A stretch of 64,000 nt of DNA from a virus. Position numbers and translations under genes: made by a program. A model generated the notes under the pieces. It saw only the letters and a list, made by a program, of their open reading frames with translations, was not told the origin of the DNA and searched no databases. Each line of letters starts with the position of its first letter. The first letter of the stretch is position 1. Location: the IMG/VR virus record IMGVR_UViG_3300025872_000050, positions 1 to 64,000 of that record; one strand, 5' to 3'. Shown here one piece after another: positions 18,738 through 28,747 of this stretch.

Positions 18738-19220
18738 ATGCCGGAGGACATCATGGAGCTGTCGCAGGAGGACCTCGAGCGGATCATCGACGAGCGGGCC
18801 GACGCCCGCCTCGCCGAGCTCGAGGCGTCCCGCCGCGACGAGCTCGAGGAGGCGCAGATGGAGCTCGCGCGCACGCGGAACGAGGTGCGTGAGATGCGGG
18901 TCCAGGCTCGCCGGACCGAGCTCGAGCTGTCGGGCTATCCGCCCGCAGTCGTCGCGACCGCGTGCGAGCTGCTGCTCGCATCGGACGACGAGGCGGTCCT
19001 CTCGCTCTCGATCGAGGGCGAGCAGCGCTACCTCACGGTGCAGGACGTGGTCGAGCGCATGCTCGCCGCGATCCCCGCCGACTCGCTCCTGCTCTCCCAG
19101 CCCCGCGTCAAGCAGGGCGACGAGAAGCCGGAGGAGGAGAACGAGGTCGATCCCGCCGCGGCAGCCGAGAAGCTGCTGTCGGATCTCGGACGCGGTTCCG
19201 AGACCACCCCACTCATCTAG
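18738..19220 (+). CDS. Capsid scaffolding protein
   Basis: AAGGAGGT RBS; acidic coiled coil; lies directly before the decoration and capsid genes. Confidence 0.65.
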   Translation: MPEDIMELSQEDLERIIDERADARLAELEASRRDELEEAQMELARTRNEVREMRVQARRTELELSGYPPAVVATACELLLASDDEAVLSLSIEGEQRYLTVQDVVERMLAAIPADSLLLSQPRVKQGDEKPEEENEVDPAAAAEKLLSDLGRGSETTPLI

Positions 19221-19238
19221 GAAGGGAGGTGACATAAC

Positions 19239-19742
19239 ATGGCAGGAGTTGTGAAGAAGACCGAGTTCATCTACGCCGACGAGATCCTCAAGGGTCCCAG
19301 CGGCCTCGATGACGTCCGCTCGTACGTGCTCGACGCGAGCCTCTGCAACACGTCGATCTCCGGCGTGGCGGGCCGGTACTTCATCCCCGCCGGCAGCGTG
19401 CTCGTGAAGAGCGACTCGTGGACGGCGGACAAGAAGGTGGCTCCGCTGTACATGAACGACGGCACGGCCGGCATGGGCGCCCTTCTGGGGTCCGGCGGCG
19501 GTGGCGCGTACGTGGCCGGCGACATCATCGGCATCCTGGGTCGCGACGTCGAGCTCATCGTCGACGACAGCGGTACGACCCCGGGCGCCGTGTCCGATCA
19601 GGACGTCCCCGTGATCTGGTTCAACGCGCACTTCGACATCTCGGCCCTCTGGGGCTACAACGATGCCGTCGACGCGGGGACCCACGGCGACGACAACTCG
19701 ACCATCGTCAAGGCGGCTCTGCCGCACTGCGTCTTCAGCTAG
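19239..19742 (+). CDS. Head decoration protein
   Basis: Strong RBS; 'FIPAGSVL...GIL..DV' pattern; immediately precedes the major capsid gene. Confidence 0.7.
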   Translation: MAGVVKKTEFIYADEILKGPSGLDDVRSYVLDASLCNTSISGVAGRYFIPAGSVLVKSDSWTADKKVAPLYMNDGTAGMGALLGSGGGGAYVAGDIIGILGRDVELIVDDSGTTPGAVSDQDVPVIWFNAHFDISALWGYNDAVDAGTHGDDNSTIVKAALPHCVFS

Positions 19743-19759
19743 AAAGGAGGTGACATCAC

Positions 19760-20848
19760 ATGGCACTGGGTGACTTCTGGGACCAGCAGGTCCTGACGTT
19801 CACGGTCCGCCGCAACATCGAGATGGAGGCCAACTCCTCCCCTGGCGCGGCGGCACCGGCGTATGTCGGCCAGGGCGCGGAGAACCGGGCGTACTACGGA
19901 GCGAACATCGCTCCGCTCGTCACGGTCCAGTCGCGTTCCTCCCGCATCCGCATCACCGACGTCCTCCCGCATGGCATGGGCCAGTTCAAGGCACGGAGCG
20001 CGACTCCGCCGCTGATGAAGACCAAGCCCAAGTCGCGCGAGGAGGCCATCGAGCTCGTCCTGCTCGAGGAGATGGAGCGCTTCGACTCCGAGGAGTGGCT
20101 CTCCCTCAACTCGGGTGACGAGCGGATCGCCCGCGGCGCGATGCTCTCGCTCGTGGACCGCCTGACCATCATGGCCAAGCGGAACGCCACGCTGACGGAG
20201 TGGATGCGCTGGGAGGCGTTCAAGGGCGGGTTCACCGTCACGTTCCCCGACGGGTCCGAGGAGACGTTCGACTACGACTTCGACGTCTCGCACACCCCGA
20301 CGGCGGGCACGGCGTGGACCGACCACGTCAACTCCGACCCGGTCGAGGACCTCTTCACGTGGTCCATCGTCGGCGCGGACGACGCGGGCGAGTACCTCAA
20401 GAACGTCCACCTCAACAGCAACACGTTCCGGCACGTCCAGCTGAACGAGAAGATCGCCGGCTACCTGAGCTCGTACGGGCGCAGCATCATGCGTCCGACG
20501 GTCGCCGACATCAACTCGCTCATGCGGGCGGGCTCGAACTGGGAGGTCCTCGACGCAGGCTACCTGCCCGAGGGCGCGACCAACCGCCAGCTCACGAAGT
20601 GGCTGCCGGACAACCGCGTGCTCTTCACGACGGGCTACACGCTCTTCGGCCAGAGGATCGCGGACGTCGCGGACGGTCAGGTCCTCGTGGGCGGCGACTC
20701 CACGTCGCCTCCGTCGATCCAGCAGGGTGCGCAGTCGGAGATCATCACGAACCCGTTCACGAAGAACGTGTTCCGGCGCTACGCCACGGCTCGCGTCCCC
20801 CGGCTGTACTTCCCGGAGGCCTTCCTCTACGCCACAGTCGGCGCCTAG
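19760..20848 (+). CDS. Major capsid protein (lambda gpE-like family)
   Basis: AAAGGAGGT RBS; 362 aa; 'EWMRWEAF.G', 'FDYDF...H', 'W.D..NSDPVEDL..W'. Confidence 0.85.
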   Translation: MALGDFWDQQVLTFTVRRNIEMEANSSPGAAAPAYVGQGAENRAYYGANIAPLVTVQSRSSRIRITDVLPHGMGQFKARSATPPLMKTKPKSREEAIELVLLEEMERFDSEEWLSLNSGDERIARGAMLSLVDRLTIMAKRNATLTEWMRWEAFKGGFTVTFPDGSEETFDYDFDVSHTPTAGTAWTDHVNSDPVEDLFTWSIVGADDAGEYLKNVHLNSNTFRHVQLNEKIAGYLSSYGRSIMRPTVADINSLMRAGSNWEVLDAGYLPEGATNRQLTKWLPDNRVLFTTGYTLFGQRIADVADGQVLVGGDSTSPPSIQQGAQSEIITNPFTKNVFRRYATARVPRLYFPEAFLYATVGA

Positions 20849-20861
20849 GAGGTGATCTAGC

Positions 20862-21320
20862 TTGGCCGAAGAGAAGTTCGTCAAGCCGATCAGAGCGACG
20901 GCTGTGCATCTGGCAAGCGGCGGAAGCGTCGCCCTCATGCCAGGTCAGCCGATCGCCCTGTCGGAGCTCGCTCCACACGTCGTGGAGGCTCTGGAGAGCG
21001 GCGACCCGTTCACCAGCGCGATCTTCGAGGACTCCAGCGAGGACGAGTTCAAGGCGTACGAGGCCGGTCTTCCGGTCCCGCCGCCGAAGGACTTCGTCCG
21101 CAATCTCGGTTCGATGACCCTGCCGCAGGCCAACGAGGCCGGCGAGCAGGTCGGATCGCCCGAGACGCAGGAGGGTTCCGAGGAGCTCCCGGCTCCGGCG
21201 CCCCGAGGCCGCGGGCGCAAGAAGCCACAGCAGGAGGAAGAGCAGCAGCCCGACGCACAGCCCGAGCCCGAAGCCGGTCAGGCCGAGGAGCCCGAGGCTG
21301 CACCTGAGGGAGAGGGCTGA
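20862..21320 (+). CDS. Hypothetical virion-associated protein
   Basis: GGAGGTGA RBS, TTG start; follows the capsid gene. Confidence 0.6.
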   Translation: MAEEKFVKPIRATAVHLASGGSVALMPGQPIALSELAPHVVEALESGDPFTSAIFEDSSEDEFKAYEAGLPVPPPKDFVRNLGSMTLPQANEAGEQVGSPETQEGSEELPAPAPRGRGRKKPQQEEEQQPDAQPEPEAGQAEEPEAAPEGEG

Positions 21321-21325
21321 TCTAG

Positions 21326-21865
21326 ATGTCCTCCACGATCCGCGAACACGTGCGCGTCAACATGCCGGAGACGTACAACGTCTTGACGGCCGAGGCCAGC
21401 GCGACCATGGACGGTCAGGAGCGTCCCGACGTTGTCGGGATCGCGATCAGCTCCGCCATGTCGTACTTCTTCCCCTCCGGGGACAAGAAGGAGACGGACC
21501 TCACGCCGTTCCAGGCTCAGTACGTCGGGGCATACGCGACGCGCTTGGTCATCCCAGCAGGCATCGACTACTACATGGTGAGGACGGGCACCTCTGACGC
21601 CTTCAACCGCGGAGCTGGGGTCACACCCCTCGGCGGTGAACAGCGCCAGAACTACAACCGCGTCCAAGCTCTGAAGGACCTCGACGCCATGCTCGAGAAG
21701 CGGCTCGCCACGATGGAGGCCGCGTTCAACGAGACGCTGGCGACGAGCGGATCGACCACGGCAGGCATGATGATCGATTCGACTCCGGACAAGCTGCTGA
21801 CGCTCGATCCGTACAAGGCGATGCCGAGGCCGGACAACGCGCCTCCGGCGGAGCATTGGACATGA
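21326..21865 (+). CDS. Putative head-tail adaptor
   Basis: Size and position. Confidence 0.5.
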   Translation: MSSTIREHVRVNMPETYNVLTAEASATMDGQERPDVVGIAISSAMSYFFPSGDKKETDLTPFQAQYVGAYATRLVIPAGIDYYMVRTGTSDAFNRGAGVTPLGGEQRQNYNRVQALKDLDAMLEKRLATMEAAFNETLATSGSTTAGMMIDSTPDKLLTLDPYKAMPRPDNAPPAEHWT

Positions 21866-22431
21866 TCGACGTCCAGCTCGAGGAGATCGAACGCGCCCTT
21901 CTGCTGCAGGTCAAGAACGGCCTGCCGCAGGCGTTGCTCGACATCGAGTCAGAGTACACCTCTCTCGATGCGGCGTTCTTTGCGGAGCTAGGGGTCTCGC
22001 CCGTCCCGCTCACGCCGCTCCCACCGCCCGCGCTGTACCTCAACGGGCACCATCCGTACATCCTGGAGAGGCCGTTGACCGACTTCCCCAACGTCGTGGT
22101 CAACTGCACCTCGCATCCCTCCGGCGACGCCGGCGGGTTTGACCAGACGGAGGAGATCGGTTCGTCCGCATACGTGGAAGTGTTCTGCGTGCACGAGGAC
22201 CCTTCCACCGTCAACAGGATGATCAAGCGGTACGCCAAGGCGCTTCATCGCGTCGTGTCGGCCGACTTGACTCTGGGAGGAGCGGCGACGCTCACCCCGG
22301 AGCTATCGCCGGAGGTGCTCTTGTCCAACCAACAGGCTGGACGAGTCGACAACCTGCACGACGAAGTCGTGTACTTCCAGGGCACCAAGCTGGAGTACAC
22401 CTTCGTCTCAACGACAGGGACATGGTGGTAG
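21862..22431 (+). CDS. Putative tail terminator/completion protein
   Basis: 'D.TLGG' motif; ATGA overlap; precedes the tail tube gene. Confidence 0.5.
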   Translation: MIDVQLEEIERALLLQVKNGLPQALLDIESEYTSLDAAFFAELGVSPVPLTPLPPPALYLNGHHPYILERPLTDFPNVVVNCTSHPSGDAGGFDQTEEIGSSAYVEVFCVHEDPSTVNRMIKRYAKALHRVVSADLTLGGAATLTPELSPEVLLSNQQAGRVDNLHDEVVYFQGTKLEYTFVSTTGTWW

Positions 22432-22439
22432 GAGGAAAC

Positions 22440-22685
22440 GTGGCAAAGAAGAAGTCGTACGTGTTCGTCGGTTGCGCCGACCCGCGCAACAAGACGGCAC
22501 GCATCAAGGGCAGCTTCGGAGAAGTCGCCCTAGGCGAGACGATCGAGCTCGAGGACGCAGACATCGAGATGCTGCGCACCAAGGGCTTCGTCTTCAACGA
22601 AGACGGTCTGGAGGAGCCGGCCCCGGCCGACGATCCCGAGCCCGTCGTCGACAACGACGACCCCTCTGGAGAGGAGGTGAACTAG
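22440..22685 (+). CDS. Small hypothetical tail-region protein
   Basis: AGGAGG before GTG 22440. Confidence 0.6.
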   Translation: MAKKKSYVFVGCADPRNKTARIKGSFGEVALGETIELEDADIEMLRTKGFVFNEDGLEEPAPADDPEPVVDNDDPSGEEVN

Positions 22686-22689
22686 CAGC

Positions 22690-23298
22690 ATGGGATTCCA
22701 CAGAGTCGACACGAGCAACGTCAGGCGCGGCGCAGGCCGCATCATGTACGCGGCCATCGGCACGACCAAGCCGGCCGACATCGCCGACGTCATCAACGTG
22801 ACGTCGTACGACGCGGTGTCTCCGTGGGAGGATCTCGGGGCGACCCGCGAGGGCATCCAGATCACCATCAACAACACGGAGTCCGGGTTCGACGTGGACC
22901 AGGTCGCAGGCCTGATCGACGTGGCTCCGGAGGAGTGGGAGGTCTTCGTGACCACCCGCCTCGCGGAGATCACGCTCGAGAACATGGTCCTCGCATGGGA
23001 AGGCGCGGCGATCACGACCGACACCGCGCCGACACCCGACGAGCGCGAGACCGGCTTCGTCGGAGCGACGACGTACACCGAGCGCCGCATGGCGGTGCTC
23101 TTCAGGGAGCCGAAGGCGGGCGGGATCACCGCTCACTTCTTCCACCGCGCAGTCCGAGCCCCACAGGAGTCGGGACTCGACTACCGGCGGGGAGGCGACC
23201 CGATGACGATCCAGGTGCGGTTCCGCATCCTGGCGGACGACACGGAGACCGATCCCGCGTTCGCGTTCTTCCGCGTCCGCGAGCAGATCATCCCGTAA
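22690..23298 (+). CDS. Major tail (tube) protein
   Basis: 'WEDLGAT.EGI', 'DVDQ', 'LAEITLEN'; GGAGGTGA RBS. Confidence 0.8.
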   Translation: MGFHRVDTSNVRRGAGRIMYAAIGTTKPADIADVINVTSYDAVSPWEDLGATREGIQITINNTESGFDVDQVAGLIDVAPEEWEVFVTTRLAEITLENMVLAWEGAAITTDTAPTPDERETGFVGATTYTERRMAVLFREPKAGGITAHFFHRAVRAPQESGLDYRRGGDPMTIQVRFRILADDTETDPAFAFFRVREQIIP

Positions 23299-23320
23299 CC
23301 CCAGAACAAGGAGCAGAACA

Positions 23321-23851
23321 GTGGCTAACCGAAGGGCAGCCGCTCGCCAATCAGCGGCGAGGACGTGGAACATCGGCGGCGTCGACTTCATCCAGGACGA
23401 GCTCACGTTCTTCGAGAAGAACGACGTCTTCGCGCTCATCCTGGACGCGCTTCAGGAGTCGATCTCCTCCGGCAAGACGGATCTCAGCAAGGTCGCCGAG
23501 GCGTTCGAGTTCATCGAGTCTCAGGACGGCCGCAACGCGCTCATGAGCCTCAGGCAGGGCGAGCGCGATCCCAAGGCGGTCGAGGCCGCCATGGGCATGG
23601 GGCAGTTCCTGCTGCAGCTCGTCAGCACCGCCCCCGGCATCCTCAAGGAGCTGTACCTCATCGTGCTGAGCGTCCCCGAGCACGATCGGGCGCAGGTCTC
23701 GCGCATGCTCGACACGATCGACGACGACACCGGGTTCGGCATCATGGAGCTCTTCGTCGAGCAGAACGCGGAGACGCTGCGGGATTTCGGGAAGCGCTGG
23801 TGGGAGACCGCCAAGTCGATGGTGACAACGAGCCAGGCGCCCGTGTCCTGA
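23321..23851 (+). CDS. Tail assembly chaperone (gpG-like)
   Basis: AAGGAG RBS; helical; lies between the tail tube and tape measure genes. Confidence 0.6.
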   Translation: MANRRAAARQSAARTWNIGGVDFIQDELTFFEKNDVFALILDALQESISSGKTDLSKVAEAFEFIESQDGRNALMSLRQGERDPKAVEAAMGMGQFLLQLVSTAPGILKELYLIVLSVPEHDRAQVSRMLDTIDDDTGFGIMELFVEQNAETLRDFGKRWWETAKSMVTTSQAPVS

Positions 23852-23874
23852 CGCCGCTGGAGCGCGTAGAGGAG

Positions 23875-24165
23875 ATGATGGCCGCCTACGGCATGACGTA
23901 CAACGAGGTAGGCGGTCTGCCGGCTTCGCGCTTCGAACAGCTTTGGAAGGCCTACGCCATCCGTACGTCTCTCGACAAGCTCGATCGAGAGTACGACCGC
24001 CAGCGCACGACTGTCCAGAGCAGCATGGGTGAGCCCGAGAAGATCAAGGAAGCGCTCGAAGATCTTCATCACGCGTACCTCGCGCAGCGAGACGAGATCG
24101 CGTCCGGGAGGGCCTTCGAGGCCCAAGAGGAGCGCTTGGAAGACGAGATCTGGTGGCCGAGATAA
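23875..24165 (+). CDS. Second tail chaperone segment (gpT-like); start uncertain
   Basis: In the -1 frame relative to 23321-23851; 'YGMTYNEVGGLPASRF' resembles a gpT-type segment. Confidence 0.55.
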   Translation: MMAAYGMTYNEVGGLPASRFEQLWKAYAIRTSLDKLDREYDRQRTTVQSSMGEPEKIKEALEDLHHAYLAQRDEIASGRAFEAQEERLEDEIWWPR

Positions 24166-24193
24166 CTCGGACGAGTATATTACCGTACTCGTT
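24161..24193 (+). promoter_or_regulatory. Repeated intergenic motif A, copy 2
   Basis: gataactcggacgagtatattaccgtactcgtt. Confidence 0.6.
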
Positions 24194-24277
24194 ACGCCTG
24201 GTCCGCTCCGTTCGAGCTGATTCGGTCTAGGGGTACCGTAGACTGGTGCCCGATACGCGAAAACCGGCTTAGAGGAG

Positions 24278-24733
24278 GTGGTGCGCGTGCTTGTGACGGT
24301 CCAAGTGGTCGGTGACGAGCTCGTCGTCGCGAAGCTGCGCACGAGCGAAGCGGTGATCCGTGAGGAGTCGCGCTTCGCGATGGAGAAGACGCGCGACGTG
24401 CTCCAGGCGGCTCGCTTCGCCAACGTGCCGAAGGACACGGGCCTGCTCTCGAGCAGGCTCTCCGCGGACATCAAGGTCGATCGCTCGGTCAAGCGGGTCA
24501 CGAGCGAGTACGGCTACGCGCCGCCGGCCGAGTACGGTCGGTTCGTCGACAAGGGCACCGGGGTCTACGGCCCGCTCAAGCGGCCGTTCATGGTGCGGCA
24601 GGGCACTAACGTTTACCTCCATCCGGGCATGGCCGGCCGCTACTTCGAGTCGCGGTCGCTGTACGAGACCCGAGGGCCGATGAAGGCCTTCTGGGGAGAC
24701 GCCGGACGCCGGATCGCTGAGAGGCTCAACTGA
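24278..24733 (+). CDS. HK97 gp10-like neck/tail-completion protein
   Basis: 'VPKDTGLL', 'YGRFVDKGTG', 'HPGM..RYF'. Confidence 0.7.
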   Translation: MVRVLVTVQVVGDELVVAKLRTSEAVIREESRFAMEKTRDVLQAARFANVPKDTGLLSSRLSADIKVDRSVKRVTSEYGYAPPAEYGRFVDKGTGVYGPLKRPFMVRQGTNVYLHPGMAGRYFESRSLYETRGPMKAFWGDAGRRIAERLN

Positions 24734-27700
24734 TGGCCGACGTCATCGAGATCATCATCCGCGCGACGGACCTCGCGTCGGCCCAGATCGATCGCGTCGC
24801 CGACAAGATCGAGCAGCGCTTCGGTCGGCTCGAGCGCTCCTACGCGAGCCTCGGCAGCAAGACCAAGGACCTCGAAGACGACCACTTCCACCTCTCGCGC
24901 TCGCTCGACAAGACCGCCGACTCGATCGGCGACCTCGACAACGCGGTCAAGAAGTACACCGCCTCGGTCGACATCGCTGGCGATCGCACGGCCGCTTGGA
25001 CGCGCCACATGGAGGGCATCAACTCCCCGATCAAGCGCGCGTCGTCCGAGCTCGGAGACTTCGACTCGATCCTGCGCCGCCACGGCGTCACGCTCGGCAA
25101 CACCGACGTCGACCGCAACCGCTTCCAGCGCGCATGGCTCGCGATCGCCGACGGGATCATGAAGGCCGTGTCAGCGGCCACCGACTGGCTCAGCCTCAAC
25201 ATGGGGCCGAACCTAGCGGGGCTCGCGACGCACGCGAAGGGGCTGTCAGTCGCCTTCTCCGCGATCTCGACGGTGTTCCTCATCATCCTGGGTCTGGCGC
25301 CGCTCATCGTGGCCGCCATCGCGGCGATCACCATCGCGGTCGAAGGGCTCGCCGGCGTGATCGTAGCGCTCGGCGCAGCCATCGGCGTGCTCGTAGCCGC
25401 TCTGTCGACGCTGGTCTCGATCGCGGGCGTGCTGCCTCTGGCCATGCTCGGCATGCTGGGGATCTTCGCCGCCATCGCGACCGTGATCGGGCCGGCGGTG
25501 ACGCAGATCTTCGGTGGCGTCAAGGCTCTGGAGGAGGCTGAGGCCAAGGCCAAGGAGTCCGCGGCCGCCACGACCAAGGCCCAGCAGGAGGCGCAGGAGA
25601 ACCTCGCTCGGATCAGGCGCAACGCCTCCGAGCGCGAGAAGGACGCGGAGACGTCCCTGGCTCGGCTCAAGCGCGACAACCGCGAAGAGGAGCTCAACGC
25701 GGAGCGGCGTATCGGGGACATCCGCGAGCGCGTCGCCAACGCAGTCGCAGCGGCCGAAGCGCGGCTCGCTCAGCTTCGACGGCAGAACGCGCTGCTCCAG
25801 ACGGAGCTCGAGCAGGACCTCAACAACGCTCGGGCTGAGCTCGCCGGCCTCGAGACTCGAGGCGCCAGCCCAGCAGAGATCGCAGCCGCAAGAGCTCGCG
25901 TCGACGAGCGCGAGCTCGCGCTGAAGCTCTTCAACACCGGCAAGGAGAAGCAGGCCGAGGTCGAGGCGGCCAACGCCGTCAAGAAGGCCAAGAAGGACGG
26001 CCAGCGCGAACTCGCAGACGCGATCAAGCAGCTCGCGGTCACGATCCGCAACAACAACGAGCAGGAGCTCGACGCCGAGGTCCGGCTCACGCGCCTCAAG
26101 CGCAACAACCGCGAGGAGATCGCGGCGGCTGAGAAGCGCGTCCAGGAGGCGGCGGTCACGTCGGCTCTGGCGGCCAACACCGCGTGGACGCAGCTCGACG
26201 AGACGCAGCAGAGGATCGCGCGCCGCATCAAGGACATCAAGGACCGCTTCGACGAGCTCTCCGAGCCGACGCGCAACAAGTTCCTCGCGTTCATGGAGCG
26301 GTTCCTGGACGTGGTCGACAAGCGGCTGCCGGGCGCGGTCTCGGTCATCGACAAGTTCACCACGTCGCTGATCTCCATGGGCGACGCGTGGCTCAAGCTG
26401 AGCGAAGACGAGATCTTCAGCGACAACTTCAACACGAACGTCGACACGGCGAACGAGGGCCTGCTCGACGTCAACCACGCGTTCATGGGGATCGCGGACG
26501 GGATCAACGCCGTGCTGGCGGCCGGTCAGCCGTTCTACGAGTGGCTCGGGAACCAGATCGCGGCGTTCGGCGACTACGTCTCCGAGAGCGCTCGCGTCAA
26601 CCAGGCCAACGGCGAGATCGCCAACTTCTTCGACGCGTCCAAGAAGGTGCTGGAGGTCTTCGGCCGCACCCTCCGCGACGTCTTCTTCGCGCTCAAGAAC
26701 ATCCTGGAGATCGGCTTCAACGTCGGCTTCGACGCCCTCTTCGGTGAGAAGGGCTTCGGCGGCATGACCAAGAAGTTCCGCGAGTTCACCGAGTCGACCA
26801 AGGGCCGCAACGCGATCCGGGAGTTCTTCAAGGACGCGATCCCCGTCGCGAAGGAGACGTTCGGGCTGATCGGCGACATCCTCGGAGCGATCGCGAAGCT
26901 CGGGCGTGAGGCCATCCGTGGCGGCGAGGAGAGCCCGCTCTTCAAGGCGTTGAGCTTCCTGCGCGAGTTCTTCCAGAGCCTGCCCGATCGCATCCGCCGC
27001 TTCAATCAGCAGTGGGGTCCGACGGTCAAGAACGTCATCGCCGCGGTCATCGAGCTCGGCAAGGCATTCAACAAGCTCGCTGAGTTCATGAAGCCGGTGC
27101 TGAACGTCTTCGCGTTCATCTTCTACTGGATCGGGAAGATCCTGCAGTCCAAGTTCGTGCAGTGGGTGCTCCTCATCGTCGGCGCGATCGCAGCCGCGCT
27201 CGTGGTGGCTCTCGCGTTCGCAACCGGAGTCGGTGAAATCGGGGTCGGGATCTACGCGCTCATCACGGCCATCGCGGTCTTGGGCGTCTACTGGATCAAG
27301 GTCTGGGACCAGATCATCAGCTGGATCAAGCACTTCTTCAAGTGGATGGGCGCGCTGTTCGACAAGTTCGACGAGTGGCTCACACGCTTCACCGAGTGGT
27401 GGGCCGACATGTACTTGGCGGTCCGGCAGTTCACCATCGACGCGTTCAAGGCGCTAGTCGGCTGGCTCGCCGACATCAGGAACTTCTTCACGAGCACGAT
27501 CCCCAGCTTCGCCAGCACCGCAGCCAACGCTGTGGCCAACTTCTTCAAGGCCGTGTTCGACAAGATCGGCGAGCAGCTCGACGGCGTCTGGAAGCGGATC
27601 ACCGGCTGGTGGGACGACATCAAGAACTTCTTCACGAACACGATCCCAGGCTTTGCGGGACGCGCCGCCGAAGCCTTCGGCGGGCTGTTCAAGACGATCG

Positions 27701-28260
27701 GCAACGCGGCCATCGCCGCGCTGAACGGCCTGATCGGAGCGCTGGAGACCGGCATCGACCTCGTCTTCCAGGCGATCAACGAGATCCTCGAGCCCGCGCG
27801 CAAGGTCGGCGGCCTGATCAACAAGCTCGCTCCCGGCCCGGACATCAACATCCCGAAGTTCGGAGAGGACACGATCGAGCTGCCACGTGTCCCTGCTCTC
27901 GCAGAGGGCGGCATCGTCCCCGCGACCCCGGGCGGCGTCTACCGCGTCGCGGAGGGCGGGTACCCGGAGGCGGTGCTCTCCCTGGACCCGAAGTACGCGG
28001 CGCGCACCATGTCGCTCGTCCAGAGGGTCATGTCGCACCTGGCCGGCACCGCTCCGATGATCTCAGCCGCGACCAAGCTGAGCCCGGCGTCGCTGAACCG
28101 CAGGCTCCCGTCCTTCGCAGCGGGCGGGCTCGTGCAGGCCGCCGCCGTGGGCGGCAACACGAACCAGTTCAACATCGAGATCAACACGACGCAGGTGGAG
28201 CTGGACATCCCCTACATCATGAGGAGGCTGGAAGTGGAAGTAGGTGGCGTCCTTGCTTGA
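24733..28260 (+). CDS. Tape measure protein
   Basis: 1175 aa; N-terminal 'IIIRATD.AS'; coiled coils, hydrophobic stretches, periodic W/F; C-terminal 'P.LA.GG'. Confidence 0.9.
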   Translation: MADVIEIIIRATDLASAQIDRVADKIEQRFGRLERSYASLGSKTKDLEDDHFHLSRSLDKTADSIGDLDNAVKKYTASVDIAGDRTAAWTRHMEGINSPIKRASSELGDFDSILRRHGVTLGNTDVDRNRFQRAWLAIADGIMKAVSAATDWLSLNMGPNLAGLATHAKGLSVAFSAISTVFLIILGLAPLIVAAIAAITIAVEGLAGVIVALGAAIGVLVAALSTLVSIAGVLPLAMLGMLGIFAAIATVIGPAVTQIFGGVKALEEAEAKAKESAAATTKAQQEAQENLARIRRNASEREKDAETSLARLKRDNREEELNAERRIGDIRERVANAVAAAEARLAQLRRQNALLQTELEQDLNNARAELAGLETRGASPAEIAAARARVDERELALKLFNTGKEKQAEVEAANAVKKAKKDGQRELADAIKQLAVTIRNNNEQELDAEVRLTRLKRNNREEIAAAEKRVQEAAVTSALAANTAWTQLDETQQRIARRIKDIKDRFDELSEPTRNKFLAFMERFLDVVDKRLPGAVSVIDKFTTSLISMGDAWLKLSEDEIFSDNFNTNVDTANEGLLDVNHAFMGIADGINAVLAAGQPFYEWLGNQIAAFGDYVSESARVNQANGEIANFFDASKKVLEVFGRTLRDVFFALKNILEIGFNVGFDALFGEKGFGGMTKKFREFTESTKGRNAIREFFKDAIPVAKETFGLIGDILGAIAKLGREAIRGGEESPLFKALSFLREFFQSLPDRIRRFNQQWGPTVKNVIAAVIELGKAFNKLAEFMKPVLNVFAFIFYWIGKILQSKFVQWVLLIVGAIAAALVVALAFATGVGEIGVGIYALITAIAVLGVYWIKVWDQIISWIKHFFKWMGALFDKFDEWLTRFTEWWADMYLAVRQFTIDAFKALVGWLADIRNFFTSTIPSFASTAANAVANFFKAVFDKIGEQLDGVWKRITGWWDDIKNFFTNTIPGFAGRAAEAFGGLFKTIGNAAIAALNGLIGALETGIDLVFQAINEILEPARKVGGLINKLAPGPDINIPKFGEDTIELPRVPALAEGGIVPATPGGVYRVAEGGYPEAVLSLDPKYAARTMSLVQRVMSHLAGTAPMISAATKLSPASLNRRLPSFAAGGLVQAAAVGGNTNQFNIEINTTQVELDIPYIMRRLEVEVGGVLA

Positions 28261-28747
28261 GAAGCCGATCGTCTTCAACGGGTTCACCCTCAACAACAAG
28301 GCAGTCCGCGACGCGCTTAGGTCCACCGCTCCGTACTACGACTTCTGGGTGCGCAAGACCGACGGCCTCTTCGGCGGGCGGCAGATCAACCAGGGCGAGT
28401 ACAACATCCCGCGCAAGCTCGGCGACTACGCGATCAACTCCGACGTCGGCGGTCAGCGGATCACGCTGTCGGGCGTGCTCAAGGCGCGCAACCTCCAGTA
28501 CCTGCGAGCCGGAGGCCGCGCGTTCGAGCAGGCGCTCTGGGACGGCGGCTACCACCAGCTTCGGTTCCAGCTCTGGAACGAGCCGCAGCTCTACTACAAC
28601 GCCCGCGTCTCGCAGGACCTCGTCATGAGCGAGGAGCAGCAGAACGGGACGATCTGGCAGCGCGTGTTCACGGTGCAGTTCTACGCCGCCGATCCCAGGA
28701 CCTACCGCGTCAGCGACGGGAGCGTGTACCCAGCATGGCGAACGTGA
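28244..28747 (+). CDS. Distal tail (Dit)-like protein
   Basis: Directly follows the tape measure; 'RITLSG', 'F.AADPR.Y'. Confidence 0.7.
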   Translation: MASLLEKPIVFNGFTLNNKAVRDALRSTAPYYDFWVRKTDGLFGGRQINQGEYNIPRKLGDYAINSDVGGQRITLSGVLKARNLQYLRAGGRAFEQALWDGGYHQLRFQLWNEPQLYYNARVSQDLVMSEEQQNGTIWQRVFTVQFYAADPRTYRVSDGSVYPAWRT

